Below, in pieces: positions 49,788 to 63,410 of a DNA stretch of 64,000 nt. The stretch is from Marsupella aquatica (lineage: Eukaryota; Plantae; Marchantiophyta). The translations under genes and the position numbers were made by a program. Positions within the stretch are counted from its first letter, which is position 1; every line of letters starts with the position of its first letter. The stretch spans positions 2,124,457 through 2,188,456 of the forward strand of contig OZ316894.1 of NCBI GenBank assembly GCA_973895155.1, written 5' to 3'. The notes below the pieces were generated by a model, which did no database searches, was not told where the DNA came from, and worked only from the letters and a program-made list of their open reading frames with translations.

Positions 49788-52700
49788 CTATTCTGCATGG
49801 GAAGCTCTTGCCGAATGAAACAATGCTGAGGCTAATGCAAATTGAGTGCTAAAAACATCATTGGTTGGCGGGATGTTTTCCAAGTTACATGTGCTTGGCC
49901 ACGGGTTCACTGCATGACATGGACGGATTGTTGGCACATTACAATCTAGGATTCCCAACCCCTTTTGACAATCACCGGAGCCTGAACCTTTGTCCACCGA
50001 TATTTTTGTGTCATCTCTTCGAGTCTTGCACTTTGCCTTTGCTGGAGCTTTCTTTGCCTTCAGTGGAAACGGGTTTCCATCTTGCATAATTGCCACCCTT
50101 TGTTTAGTTCTACGGATTGATTTTTCTCCTGCCGTGTACTCTTCAGCTGCTCTCTCCAGGAACTGTTGTGTGGTCTCTTTAATGACCATCTCCTTCTTAA
50201 ATGGCTTTGCCATGCCTTCCGCCTTCTCCACTGCCATCGCTTCCTTCTCTGATGCCAATTTCCGTTTTGACAAGGGCCTCTTCCGTCCTCTGTAAATGTT
50301 GTCCACAAAGCTCAGGTGTCGTTTTTGAGTTCCGTCCGCATTGACCTTTTTGAATGGCTTCAATTGCAGACTTCGTGATGACTTCCCTTTCTTCACATTC
50401 CGCGCCATGATGTTGCACATGTCATGTTTCCAATTCTTCAATTTTGTCATTGCAATACTGCGGACCGAAGCGTCCCCATTGCAAATTCCCAGTGTCTCAT
50501 GTACGACCTTTGTGAACTCTTCGTCTGTGGCAATCTGCAAGGATTCATAAGTGGCCTCATGTGTTGACTCTTCAATTGCAACTTGGGAACCTTCGCCTGA
50601 GTCCATGGGTAGGGTGATGTTGAAGCAGTCTGGAAGCTCAACTTCCTCAAATACCTCACCAAATGCCGGTCGCTCAAATGTGGAAGTTGGAGCTACCATG
50701 CTGCCAAAGCGAGTTCCAAAACGTGTCAGAACCTCTATTTCAGACATCCCCTTCATACAAAGAAGCTTAACCTGATGTTTACAGGTGTTGCCCTGGATGG
50801 AGCTGTCACAGCTGCACACGCAATCCTCATTGTCGTAGTTCTCCAGAATGTGAGGGTCGGTCGTTGGCTGCGTCTGGGACCGAACCATAGCTGTTGCACT
50901 GTCGCTGAAGAATGTCACATCCGAATCAGGAATTGTTCTCGCTTTGAGTATTGCTGACCACACATAATCCTCAATGTTTTTGTTTCTGACCCTTCCTTGC
51001 CACTTAATACAGGATAAACACCAAAAAAAATGCTCAAGCTCATTAACCAATTGCCTCACAAGCCACACAACCTTTCTCCCAAGCTTGAAAGGTTTTTCTG
51101 TCCTCAGGTGCAATTTTAGAGTAGCATGCCAACGCTCCACTGCTCCATTAGTGTCCTGGTTGGCATGCTTAAACCTCCTGAAGTTCCTCACCCACTTTTC
51201 CACCCGGTGGTGCCATTCCTTCTCATAATAGCCAACAAACTCCCTATACTTGCCCTTTCACCTTTCCATGAAATCTGTGGACATCTGAACAGCATCTGCA
51301 ATACGACAATGAAATAATTAGGAGAATGATTTTGACAAGATGGAATCATTTATAATCCACAATCAGCTTTGCTACAGCTGTGAATGTGTTTATGTTGTCT
51401 TAGTACACTGCAAAGTTCTTTAAGGATAGGGTACCTGATAAAAGTGCTCCCATTATCTGTCCCAACTCCTTATTCACCTCTGCCCTTGAAACAGGATCTT
51501 GTATCTTCTTCAAAACCTGTTTGTATTGGGCACGCCGGACATGCCACAAACATAATACAATTGGGACTCCTGGCCATAGTGACCTGCCATAAAATCCCAA
51601 AACTCAACTGGAAAATAAATGTGGGGTTCAGGAAGACTGACATACTTCATAAAACGCTCATTTGGTGACCAGGGCCTCCAAATAGGGGTATTTGGGCCGT
51701 TGTGAAGCAAAAGAAACAAAGGGATCAGAAAAAGACAAAATGGGAATAAGTCGAGGAGGGGGGGGGTGAACTTAAAAAAGTGACTTCATATTTGAGTTAA
51801 GGAGGGGCCATTCACCCTAGGGGGTGAGTTGGGGTTCAGACTGACATACTTCATAAAACGCTCATTTGGTGACCAGGGCCTCCAAATAGGGGTATTTGGG
51901 CCGTTGTGAAGCAAAAGAAACAAAGGGATCAGAAAAAGACAAAATGGGAATAAGTCGAGGAGGGGGGGTGAACTTAAAAAAGTGACTTCATATTTGAGTT
52001 AAGGAGGGGCCATTCACCCCAGGGGGTGAGTTGGGGTTCAGGCTGACAAACTTGATAAAACTCTCATTTGGTGACCAGGGAATTAATTATACAAAGGGGA
52101 TGAACAAATTAATATAAAGGGAACTATATTATACAAAGGGGAACAAATTAATACAAAGGGAACTACAAAGTACAAAATTGGAAGAATAACTCACATCAAT
52201 GCATTGTGCTCTTCATCAGCACAATCAACAAGAAATGCTGAAGGCATCCATGTGTCCTCCAACTTGAGCACCTCGGACCTTGTTCTTTCAACGGCACCTT
52301 TCACCACTGTGAGCACAATCCGGAGATCTGCTTCCGCCTTAGATTCCGTCAAAGCCCAACAGGTTGGGATCCCATTTTGCCATTCATCATAACACAACAA
52401 CGTGTGAAGCTCGTACTGCATAAATGATACAAAAGTTTAGTGTTACAATGGCTCAAAATTAGTGACAATGAACAATTACAATACATTGTTAAATGGAAGA
52501 ACCAAGGGATATGACATGAACGTCAGGGGCAGGGGTACTCACCCCATATTCATTAGTGCCAAAGGTGCCATCCAATGCAACTGCATTGTTATGACCAAGT
52601 GTGGCCATTTTGGTCATCATCCACTGTGTGGCAAAAACAAAAATGAAAGGAGTTTTGGCGTAGTCATCTGGCTCCTGGTAAAACAACACAGTGCATCCAT

Positions 52701-53577
52701 TTGCTTCCACCCACAACTTCAAACCAGTGGCATCATCTGAACTCCAGTTTTCATATTGGCTGTTCACCTCCCTTTGGACATTGTGTATGTCCTTCAGAGA
52801 TAAGCACATGTCTCTAGACCATATGACCTGCCCATCATCTGCTGGGTGGTCCCTTCGATACTCCTGCCTGAGTTCTTCTCTGTGCATTTTCGTTATCCCT
52901 CTAGGGGACACCCCAGTTCTGAGCAGCCTCTCAATACTCTCCCTCAGGTCAATCGAGATTCGTGGAGCAATGTGTGCACAATGCTGTTTTGCTGTAGGGT
53001 CAAGCAAACCATGACAAATTTGGTCATTCCTATCCTTGTGATCCTTGAAATGCATTCGTAGGAGCACATCATGGGGTCGCTCTATATACTTGAATATAGC
53101 TGTGAAATGCCATCTACATCCCCTTCTGAAACTTCCACCTGTTTCTGTACTTCTTCTGAGCGGCACTTCTCCTGTATGCTGATCTTTCCTACAAAGTGCT
53201 AATGTGGGTTTCACATTCGCCCTCTCATCTCTCGGACCATAACTGCACCAGTACCGAACCTCAACGGTGCCATTGGATTCGTTCCTGGTTTCTGTGCCTT
53301 GGACTTTGAAACAGGTGTTGAAGTTCGGCCTGCTCTCCTCACCCTTGAGAAAATCAACAAGTCTCGACTTCGGTATCCATGCTTCGTTCTTGAACCAGTC
53401 CAATTGTTCACAAGCAAACTTCCCAGGCTCAGGTACCTGAGTTCGGTCACATTTGAAAAGGCGATCATGTGTACGTTTATGCCATTGCCCTTCCATTGCC
53501 ACAACGATCCTTTGGTGCTCTGCCATTGATACCTCTGCAACCGACAGAAAATCACCGCTCAGTGTTATTGATTCCAT
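49788..53577 (-). pseudogene. MULE transposase with SWIM zinc finger; ~4 exons (53577-52543, 52415-~52196, ~51583-~51434, ~51296-49788); premature TGA at 51258-51260
   Basis: RRGCRWHF (WRKY/GCM1-like), ALDGTFGTN, FLVDCADEE, LCLWHVRRA, TNGAVERWHATLK, and SWIM CSCDSSIQGNTCKH. Confidence 0.9.
51637..52080. repeat. ~203-bp tandem repeat (2 full copies + 1 partial) in a transposase intron
   Basis: ctgacatacttcataaaacgctcatttggtgaccaggg... starts at 51637, 51841 and (diverged) 52043. Confidence 0.93.
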
Positions 53578-54186
53578 TCATAATCTGGAATTTAGATTGA
53601 TCAATAGCATTCATGCAGTATTACAATTTCATCGATGGATGCGTAAATACCTCACTTCACTGAATGCGTGACTCTGAGGCTGACAATTGCTATTGCTCAG
53701 GTCTGCAGTACATTCGCACATGCTCCTCCATTTTGCAGATTCATCGCAACATTCGTACAAATGTTCCGTGTGCAAATCATCCGATATTTCCTGTGGTATC
53801 TTTCCCGCCATCTTTCATACACTGTGCGTGCTTTCCTCAGGTTAAGTTTATTTGCGGGTGGGTTTTAGACTTGCCGGCTAACACTGTTCATGACCCGCGA
53901 ACCATATAACCGCGGTTGAACCCTTCACTTGGAAGCAGCGATTGTCAAATGTCCGTTCCACCGGCTGGAGCCGGGAGCCGGTGATGCTTCACTAGCAACA
54001 AACCACACTAGACGACATGTATTGAATGTCATACACGTTACTCGTCGAAGTGAATGATTATTTGCTCCCGTTGAATGCACCATTATTGATGGCACTACTG
54101 CGCTACAGTATACCGTGGGACAGGGGGGCGGAGGGGGAGTGCTCCTACCCTCTGCCCCCTGCCCATGGGACCCGCCCCGACACCAG

Positions 54187-54617
54187 AGGGTTTAGGGTTT
54201 AGGGTTTAGGGCCTTGCAGAAGATTTAAACTTTCCCAAGAACGCTTTCACAATCGATGTGCTCTCGTTGTGAAATGCGACTTGGATAGAAATCGGATTGC
54301 GGAGGATTGGATCGCATCCACTTCGTCGAGACTCCCGCTTTACGAGAAAAAGCTCGGGAGGAACGGAGGTGTTTGGGCGGTGTGATTTTCTGGCCTCGCA
54401 ACTGAGGTGGCGCCTGCAAAAACGGAGAAAAATCGTGTTCAATCAGACCCTGTCGCTCCTTTCCGACATGCACTGCTTTGATCGCTGCAAGGTGCTGGAG
54501 ATGTGGTCGTGCCTCAAGGTGATCGAGGTGTGGTAGGTCTGTAAGGTGATCGAGAGTTCACTAACTAAGAGTAATGAATTCAATTTCTGGGAGGAGGGTT
54601 TAGGGTTTAGGGTTTAG
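54187..54617 (+). promoter_or_regulatory. Two short interstitial telomeric (TTTAGGG)n tracts / telo-boxes upstream of RCL1
   Basis: agggtttagggtttagggtttaggg at 54187-54211 and agggtttagggtttagggtttagg at ~54595-54617. Telo-boxes are known in promoters of plant ribosome-biogenesis genes. Confidence 0.65.
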
Positions 54618-54981
54618 GAAACGAAGTCAAGACATGCGCAGGAAGGTTTGGCGTAGGGCTCGACTGGTAAATGCTTCGTCTGGATCCATATGATTTCATT
54701 TTGTGGACAAGAACTCAGGGTAGATGATCAATCTTCCAGGTTCTAGAACTTGTGGACTTATGGCGGACAAGAGAACTCCTCCTCGGCAAACGACTTAATA
54801 TTTGGTGAATTGTTTTTGGACCGTGTACTGGAATCGGACAGGGGCGGCCATGACTTGACGGTCAATGGATAGCAGAAATGAGGGCTTCAATGTCTAGGAG
54901 CCACTGTCGGTCAATCACAGAAGCAATGGATGAAAGTTGGAGATATTGATTGCATTGCTCTCGAAGTTACATTCCGCAGGA

Positions 54982-57573
54982 ATGGGAGGAGAGACGTTGA
55001 GGGTTAGGGGATCGCAGCAACTGCGGAAGAGGCTGGTGTTGGCGACATTGGCGGGATCTGTATTGAGAGTGGACGACATTAGAGCCGAAGATGCTGCACC
55101 GGGCTTGCGTGATTATGAAGCATCCTTTCTCCGCTTGCTGGAAAAGATTAGTCATGGTTGCGTGGTCGAAATAAATGAGACTGGTAGGTTTCCTGGGTCT
55201 CTCTGTCCACTCATATGCTTTCCCTTTGTCTTGTTCACTCTCTGCATATATCTACTCATTCGATTGTGCCTTCCCGAATGTTTAGTTCGCTCTCTTCCCA
55301 TCTTGCTCTCTCCGCTTGCCACCCTTTATATATTCATGCATTCATTTCAAAAGTCAATCAATGCGACGGGGTCTCCTACATCTGCCTCGCTATCTCTGTT
55401 TTGTTTTTTCCGCACATGATGGGCGAGATGATGTTTCATCAAGATATCCATCCTAGTCCTCGGACAGTAAGGAAAATGGAAATAGCTGATCCCCAAACAG
55501 TTCTTGCATTCTTCCGTAGAACAGATTTTATTCTACTGTGGACTGGTTTACAAACAGACGAGCTGTTTCTATATATCTCTCTATGTTAATGTTTTTCTCC
55601 TTCTGCGCATTTTGAAGATTCTAGCCTCGGTCTGATTGCGCTTCTCAGTCCTAAACGTTGAAAAATGAATTTGCCTCCACTCGCTGGGATATGTGATGTT
55701 CATTACGGACTTTCACGCTGGGTTCCCTTCAGAGCTTTAGCAAACTCGGTAAAGTAGCTCGTCTGTGGGATTCATGCGTAATTTTCGTGCCAAAGAGAAC
55801 AGCAGGATTGGATCTAAAGTGTAACAGTATTAATTTCTCAGTCCTTTCTCTCCTTCCAACTTTTGAAATCTTTGACTGTTGTATATGTCTGGTGGGACAG
55901 GTACTAAGCTGAAATATAAGCCAGGGATTCTGGTTGGTGGTCGGAGTCTGGCACATGATTGTGGTGCTAGCCGTTCACTCGGTTACTTCCTTGAACCTCT
56001 GGTTGTATTGGGGCTCTTTGGGAAGGCTCCCCTTTCCATCTCTTTGAAAGGTTTGTCCACCTGACTAGCTCTCAAAAGTTTCTTCCAGCATTGAAGCTTC
56101 TCGTCATGCACAGGTTTTTTCGGCAGTGATTTATTGTTCCGACGTGTTTAGGCCCCCTCTTCCAGTGTCGAATTTTAAATATTTGGTGACTCATGGCAAT
56201 GACAGGAATCACAAATGACACACACGACCCTAGCGTGGATACATTTAGGAGCACCACTCTGCCTATTCTAAAGCAGTTTGGAGTGGACGTTGACCAGCTT
56301 GAACTCAAAATTGTCACTCGAGGGGCTCCTCCATTTGGCGGTGGAGAAGTACGCTTGAAAGTCCCAATTGTTTCTGGAAGCCTATCGGTGAGTAGCACTT
56401 ACGTTCTGTACATTGCGTTTGTGCAAGAAGTATGCAGTAAATCGCTTTGTTAGTCCTAGTTAAGATCAATTTTCTTTCTTATCAGGGTTGTCTTTGAAAC
56501 CTAGAACATACACTTAACTGACTGTTAGGTTTTGAATCAGTTCCCTCGATTCCACAGCTCTTTGATGCGTCTTCTTCAGGTAGTGGACTTACCAGGACAC
56601 AGATTCTCATAAGGTTGTAGTGCCTATGTTGCAGGCCGTGACCTGGGTGGACGAGGGAATGGTTAAGAGAGTGCGAGGCACAGCATACTCAACTCGTGTT
56701 TCCCCTCAAATGGCGAACCGAATGATTGATTCAGTTCGAGGGATCTTTAACAAGCTGTTGCCAGATGTCTACATCTTTTCTGACCATTATACTGGTCACG
56801 AGTCTGGAAAGTATGTTTTGAAATCAACCCAATTGCTATGCTACCCAATTAGTTCTACAGTGTAGGTAGGAGTGCTATGTCCGCGGCAGTGATAGTGACG
56901 ATGAATGAATGTGTTGAGGATCCGGGATTGGTTGATGTAGGGTAAGGCCTTCTTTTTCTTACAAATTCTTTTCAAAGTCTCTTTTGTAGTTTTAGATGAT
57001 GTGAATACTTGCTGAACTTGACCTGATTTCACAAACAGGTCGCCTGGTTATGGCATCTCCTTAGTTGCGGAGACAACGACCGGTTGTTTATTGACTGCCG
57101 AAATGGCTGCAAATCCTCTGCATCACGATTCTATTGATGGGGATGAAAAGACAGGTCCCCAGTTGCCAGAGGATGTTGGTACTCAAGCCGCTTTGGGCAT
57201 GCTCGAAGAGATCAAGCAGGGGGGTGTAGTGGATTCAACGCATCAGGTATGTGACAATTTATTTCCCAGCAAATGAATCCGTATTTGGGTCTGATGCACG
57301 GTAATAGTGTCCTCTACGTTCTATGGTAGGATGTTTAACAACATGTTTTTCTTTGTGTCGCAGGGATTACTTTTCTTGTTGTGTGCTCTCTGTGCTGAAG
57401 ATGTCTCGAAGGTACGGGTGGGTAAATTATCACCGCACGCCATTCAAACCCTGCGACTTCTGAAAGAATTTCTTGGCGTGCAGTTTAACATCAAACCTGA
57501 TCCTGCCAGTAGAACTGTGATTTTGACTTGTGTTGGTAGTGGATACAAAAACTTCTCAAGGAAGGTGCAGTAA
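54982..57573 (+). CDS. RCL1: RNA 3'-terminal phosphate cyclase-like protein; 6 exons (54982-55183, 55901-56050, 56206-56387, 56635-56810, 57039-57246, 57364-57573), 375 aa
   Basis: GSQQLRKRLVLATL, PGLRDYEASFLRLLEK, GITNDTHDPSVD, RGAPPFGGGEV, SPGYGISLVAETTTG and GGVVDSTHQG. All introns are GT-AG and the exons total 1128 nt. Confidence 0.95.
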
Positions 57574-57911
57574 TCCGTAGTTTGATAGTCTTTCTAGGAA
57601 GGTGCTACTTTAGCTGGTGGATAAATACAGAGTCTAAATTAGTAGGGGTTAGAAAGTTTTGCCAATGTATAATACATGCAACAAGAGAGTAGATTCAGTT
57701 TAACATCAAAGCTGATCCTGCCAGTAGAAATGTGATTTGACTTGAAAAGTTCTTGTGTTGGTAGTGGATACAAGAACTTTTCAAGAAAGGTGCAGTAATC
57801 CGTAGTTTGATAGTATTCTAGTAAGGTGCTACTTTAGCTGGTGGATGACTACTGAGTCTAAATTAGTAGGGGTCAGAAAGTTTTGCCAATGTACAACGCA
57901 TGCAACAAGAG
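57481..57911 (+). repeat. Tandem duplication (~215 bp) of the RCL1 last 30 codons plus 3' UTR
   Basis: cagtttaacatcaaa...gaaggtgcagtaatccgtag...catgcaacaagag starts at 57481 and 57696. The second copy has indels. Confidence 0.9.
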
Positions 57912-58932
57912 CAGATTTATCCAGATAATTCGGGTCAAGATGTCAAATGGAAACTTGCCAGTGAACCGGAAAAGCAGGATGTTAGTCTGGAGACAACAAA
58001 GAAAGGACATATTCAATGCGCAAGTCAGGTGAACGGGAAGGGGCTTATAATTCACTTCCGAATGAAAGTGGTAGTTTGGTTTGTAGTTATCAGTAAGGGG
58101 AGGCTATCCCCACACGGATGGATTATTTTTCATATCATATACAATTTCATCGTACAATTTACGTTCTCATGTGTGCTACATCTATTCCCAATCATGGAAA
58201 CCTTTGTTTGTCATCATACTGAGGGCCCTTGTTAAATGTGTTACCGGAGATTTGTTTTGGACATTTTAGAATGATATGAAGCGGATTTGTTAACAGCATT
58301 GTAGACATCCGATCAGCAAGTCACCTTAGCAATTTCCAGCGAGTCTACGAGCCCAGAAAAAACTTGAGGATTAGGATGAAGAAATGTGATGGTGGTTGTA
58401 TATGTTCTTGACCTCGAGTGACCTTTGACGATGTCCGGAAAGACAGCGAAGAACGGTGATGATGGTTGTATCAAATTCTAGCTGAAGGGACATGCGATGT
58501 CACATTTTAGATAGAATCTACCCCAGGTGTATACCATGGAATTGCACAGGGATGCTGGACTTCATAATTCTATCGCACATTACAAATCGAGAGCTGATTG
58601 AACGAGCAAACTGTGTAGATGAAGAACTGAATGGGATTTGTTACCCTCATTTTTTGGCACTTGCAGCAAAATCATAATCAGTAATAGAGACTGACTCAGA
58701 TTTAGCAAAACCGAAGCTGAGAGTCCTTGTCATCCAGTGACAATCGAGCTTCTCCGATTCAAAAGTCTATTTCCCTGCAAGTTCAGGCAGATTAAACTCG
58801 TACCAAGCTATGCATGTGAGGGGCAATTGCACTAGTTCTATTGGGATCAAATGGGTAAACCAAAAATATACATTCTGGTTAATTTTACCTACAAAACCAA
58901 GTACATCGTCAACTCTTGGCGAATCAATGTAA

Positions 58933-61900
58933 TCATTGCGTCACAGGTGGTTTGTGCTGGTGCTGCCATACTACAGTTAGCCCAAATCCCATCAATGACA
59001 TAAGTACCGTCTGCGGAATCATACAAAGCAAACAGACAAGAACTAATTAGTAGACAGTAGGTTTTGAATGCAGATTCATGAGAATTATGTCATGCCTTTC
59101 CTTGAACCAAATTAAACATATGTTCCTAAGTGCTAAAAAGGCCATGCAGGACACGAACAAATTGACTGCTAAACGCAAAAACAGGTTCATTTCTTGCTGT
59201 CAGGGTTGTGTCTTTAGCTCGAAATAAAATTTTAGTTAGAAAGGTAGTGGAGTGTGGAAAGGGCTGGAGAGTGTAGTACTGAGATTGCTGAAGGAAGGGC
59301 CACCAGTGGATCTTCAAAGAAACTGTTCGCCAACGCCAGTCCCAAAAGACTACTTTGCATTCCTGAAAGGACCCGTTCTCCATCAGAAATGAAGTGATGT
59401 TCGGGGGTGTCATGGGACTGACGAAACCTATCATTCTTTCCAAAAGTGAATTCATGGAAATGCAAATCACTGTAGGAGGTTAAAAGATGATAGTACCTGT
59501 CTCAAAAGAGATTGTTCTAGCAAGCCCTTCCAGATCTGGTTCTGAAGGAAATAACACCTTCGTCATATAATATCCCGTTATGAAAGCCAAGGAATGAAAG
59601 ATGAGTATTGGAAGCACGAGAATAAGTCCAAACTGAGACTTTAGAGCCTTGATGTTAAGGGCCAAAGGAGCTCCTATGCAGCAGCAGGTCACCAAAACTG
59701 AGCAAAGCGGTAGAAATGGTCGAATCAGGTTCGAAATACTGGGAAGGAATCTGCCATCGACAGATCATTGGAATAATGTATTAGTGAACGCTGTGATATT
59801 AGGCACTGTAAAGGGGAAGTATTCGATTGGATTATTTTAGGCAATCCATACTTGACAATGTTTCTTTAAGTGTAGTTGGGAAATGGGTATCTACAACAAG
59901 GGCTTCACAAAAGGTGATTAAAAAAATACCACTGTCTGCCACAGTTCTTAACGTCAAATTCGATATGGATCAAATGATACTGAATGATGAAATAAGGTTG
60001 TCATTGATATCCAGGGTGTACAGCCAAGAAGTCAAGGGAAATCAGAGACACCTACCGGTTCAAAGAGAGACCAGCAGCAATGGGTACCACCACTATCTGC
60101 GTTATACTAGCCATCATTCCAAGTACATTGACATCTAATCGCTTGCCCAGCAAAAGATGTGAGAGAGTTGGTGTTACAACCACTGCTGTTATGGTAGAGA
60201 GCGCTGTCATGACGATACTAAGGGGAGCCATGGAAGGATCAACTATGAACGTGGCGTAATTTGAGAGCTGAGCACCACTCAAGCATGCAACCAATAGTAT
60301 TCCTGAACCTGCGGCAAGAAAGAGTCAGGAGAAGTGTTTAGAATAGAAGTGCTTCCTTCGATGACAGAGAACTTGTTCTAGATATGAAGGTGGGTTTCAT
60401 ATTAAAAGTGGAGCTCTCCAAGAAAATTCTATCATAAAAACGATGTACCACTCGCCCAAATCACTGCCACAATGCGGAGTGAAACTGCAAGCCTGTCACA
60501 GAAAGATAGAAAATTCTTTCTCTTCCTTGAGGTTCCATCCAACACCGAGACTCAAACAGAACTTAAAGCATGTCAGGTCACCTCCAGATTCCTGATAAGG
60601 TTATGAAAAGGATCTGAAAGAGTGAATCCTGCCCTCAAGAGTGTGACGTACCTATTGCACTTGGAAGGTGAAGCATAGACACCGCAAAATACGAAACCAG
60701 TACACCTAAAATGGGTTTCACGAGAAATTGACCAGCATATCCTGCAACTAGCACTGCTGGCCGCTCAATTGCGTGTAGGAACGATTTGGCATTTAGATTG
60801 ATCCCAACAGCAAACATCAGAAAACCTAAGGCGGGTGCATAATATCTGCAAAATCCCATCCCCACGGCGCACATCAGAGAAGCTGAGGCTGGTGCATGAT
60901 ATCTACGTACAAAATCCTCATCCCCAACATTTCTGCGATTAAATTACCAGCATTTTCAAATAACGGTCAGGAAGTTCCAATATTCAGGCTTTTAGAGTGT
61001 TTCAGGGAAGAAGGAAGAATTAACATAGAATACAGTCGAAAAAAGGATGTTGGACCTTGTGGTAAACCATGTGAATGAAGGTGGAAACACAAAAGCCAAT
61101 GTCGTACTTGCTACGACCGCGTATGGAATAAATGAATTTGCATTTTTCAAGCCCTTCTGCAGAATCTCCCCGATAGAAGTTTTCCTTTCGAGCTGGAAAA
61201 GTCATGAACCACGATCAGATGGCTAAACTTTGCAAGTCAACAGACAGTGTTGTAATTTCTTTTAATATGATCAGTATGGGAACTAACCGGTCTCAAACCC
61301 AAAGGACAAGGTTTACCTGCTTGTCATCAGCAGAAGCTGCTCCCGGCTCTGTGCTGGTGCACCTGATGCTCTTTCTTTCACGGGCATCTTTCACAGACAC
61401 TTTTCTTGATGTAGCTGCCACAATTCTTCCAGGACGTCGTATAAGAAACCAGAAAGATATCAAAGAAACTATGCCCGTCGTAAGTGACGAAACAAAGACC
61501 ATCTAAACTGAGGGTGCACTTTTGAGATAGACATTCGAGGAAATCATTCGTACCAAATCCAGCAGCCTGGGCGGGGATGAGCTCGACATCTCGCTTGCAC
61601 ACATATCTGAAATTAAAAAAGGATCAGCCACATCATCAACTACCAGCTTTTACGACAGCAAGCTTTGGACGAAACATCAATCCAATATAATGTCTACACA
61701 GAGCAAACTCTGTACTGAATACTTCCACATATCCTGTTCCACACACGCCGCCTTCAGAAACAGCCATCCAAGTAGGGAAGATTGCGTCATTGACGAAGAT
61801 GAGAACAAAAAGAGGGTCACATAGATCTCTAAACACAAGAGTGCCAAACTTGCTAATCACCAACTAAACCCGTGCTCTTCACAACCCATCGAGTCGCTGG

Positions 61901-62202
61901 TGGTCCCAAAATGTGCAGTCTCGAGAATATCAGATGGGAAACTAAACTTGGAGTGTCATTAGAAAGCCATCACTAGACTAAAATAATCCAATGATTGACG
62001 CAAATGGAATACAAACCCGGCTAAGAATTCCCCTGGATAATGTACAGTGCACTCACTTGCCTGCTGCTGTTGTTGTTGGCAGAATGTATACTCGACTGTT
62101 CTCGAAACCCCGCGAACGCTCGGAATGAAAAGCCAAAGGAGCCAATGGCGGGGACATCTTCCTCCCACAAAAGACGTCGGGCACCCGCAATGTCAGCGCC
62201 AT
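58933..62202 (-). CDS. Bile acid:sodium symporter family protein, BASS5/BASS6-like; multi-exon, N-terminal exons uncertain
   Basis: NANSFIPYAVVASTTLAFVFPPSFTWF, YYAPALGFLMFAVG, SGAQLSNYATF, RTISFETGMQSSLLGLALAN and last exon TVLMSLMGFGLTVVW...* (59010-58933). The ATG at 62202 is tentative. Confidence 0.88.
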
Positions 62203-63062
62203 GTCTGGCTGCTTCCTGCGTGATCGACTGACAATAATCACACAAACTGTCACAAACCGAAAAATGATCGGCAATCGCGCCCACATTACTCTCTAGAGAC
62301 CAAAAACTGCGCGTCGTGGCGAACTCTGCAGAAGATCTCCAGTCAACGATATGTTCCAAGTAATTAGGCGCTCGGCACACTATTATTAATCACCGCCCCA
62401 TCAATCCAATCAAACGACGAAATCGAACGATACGAAATTAAGAAAAAAGCCTCCTCAGTGAGAAATTCCAATCGACGATTACACAAGTCCGAGGAACTTC
62501 AATCGCAATTCCGAGAAACTCAGACAGCTCAGACGAATCTCGGGGACGAAGGGATTCAGAAGACAGAAATGACGACAACAGAAAGGATCGTTTTCTTCTT
62601 TCTTCTATCGAGCAAATTGTAAACATCTCGTGAGATCTACAAATACCGAATTCACAGAGCATAGAGAGAGAGCTCTAGACAGACAGAGGTGGGAAGTTTC
62701 GTACTTCGATGATTCCAAATTTCCAATGTTACACAAGCAATCCGGATTGGGGAGCTTGCCAGTAGTGGGTGTTGCGAGTCCTAGGCCGGAATTCCTTCAC
62801 TGCTTAGAATTCGTGGGCTTGATTGATGAGTACCGAACCGATTTGCAAGGGAGTGCAGCTTTCGAGAGATCAGGGGGGAAACATCTCAACAATGTGAAAC
62901 AAACAACTGGGAATTTTTTTCGTCGACTAGACTTTGGGCAATGAGGTACTCACGTGAAAGAATGACGGTGACTCACACTGTGAGCTGTTTTCTATTGAGA
63001 AGAAACTTGAGAAACTAAAGCCAATGCCAGGATGGACCTCCACTTTGTGTATGAAGCCCAGA

Positions 63063-63410
63063 TGGACTGGCATAGCTTGGATGGATTTTCTCAGAACATT
63101 GAAATAGACTCAGATAACATTGTTTACACTGTTGACTGAAATGTGACCTGTAAAGGGTCTCCTTATTGTTTGCAGGCGGTTTTAATGACATTATCTAACT
63201 GGTTTCCTTGGTAAGTTCACAACTTGACTACTTTCAATGTCATGCCATTACTCAGGATCATAATGACATCTTGACTATTTTCTCTCCCCAAGGTAGTCAA
63301 AGTTATCAGCTGCAATCTGCGACCGGGTCCTTGTTCTTTTTGGTGTAACAACAATGATTGATTTACGCATACCATTGGGATGGGCAGGGACAATGTCTCT
63401 ATGCATCCAG
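63063..63410 (+). repeat. Dispersed repeat, copy 2
   Basis: Colinear, diverged match to 30121-30505. Confidence 0.8.

Larger units (their letters stand above)
46255..54112 (-). mobile_element. Mutator-like element (MULE) with degenerate TIRs and two extra genes; boundaries approximate
   Basis: MULE-SWIM transposase inside. Inverted similarity between 46303-46358 and 54006-54063 (cacta.agaca.gtatt.aatgt-7nt-gt.actcgt.gaag). No TSD found. Confidence 0.65.

Noticed and set aside
54937-55419. 160-aa ORF as a complete protein
   Set aside because: It is RCL1 exon 1 read through into intron 1. The real ATG is at 54982 and the donor at 55184.
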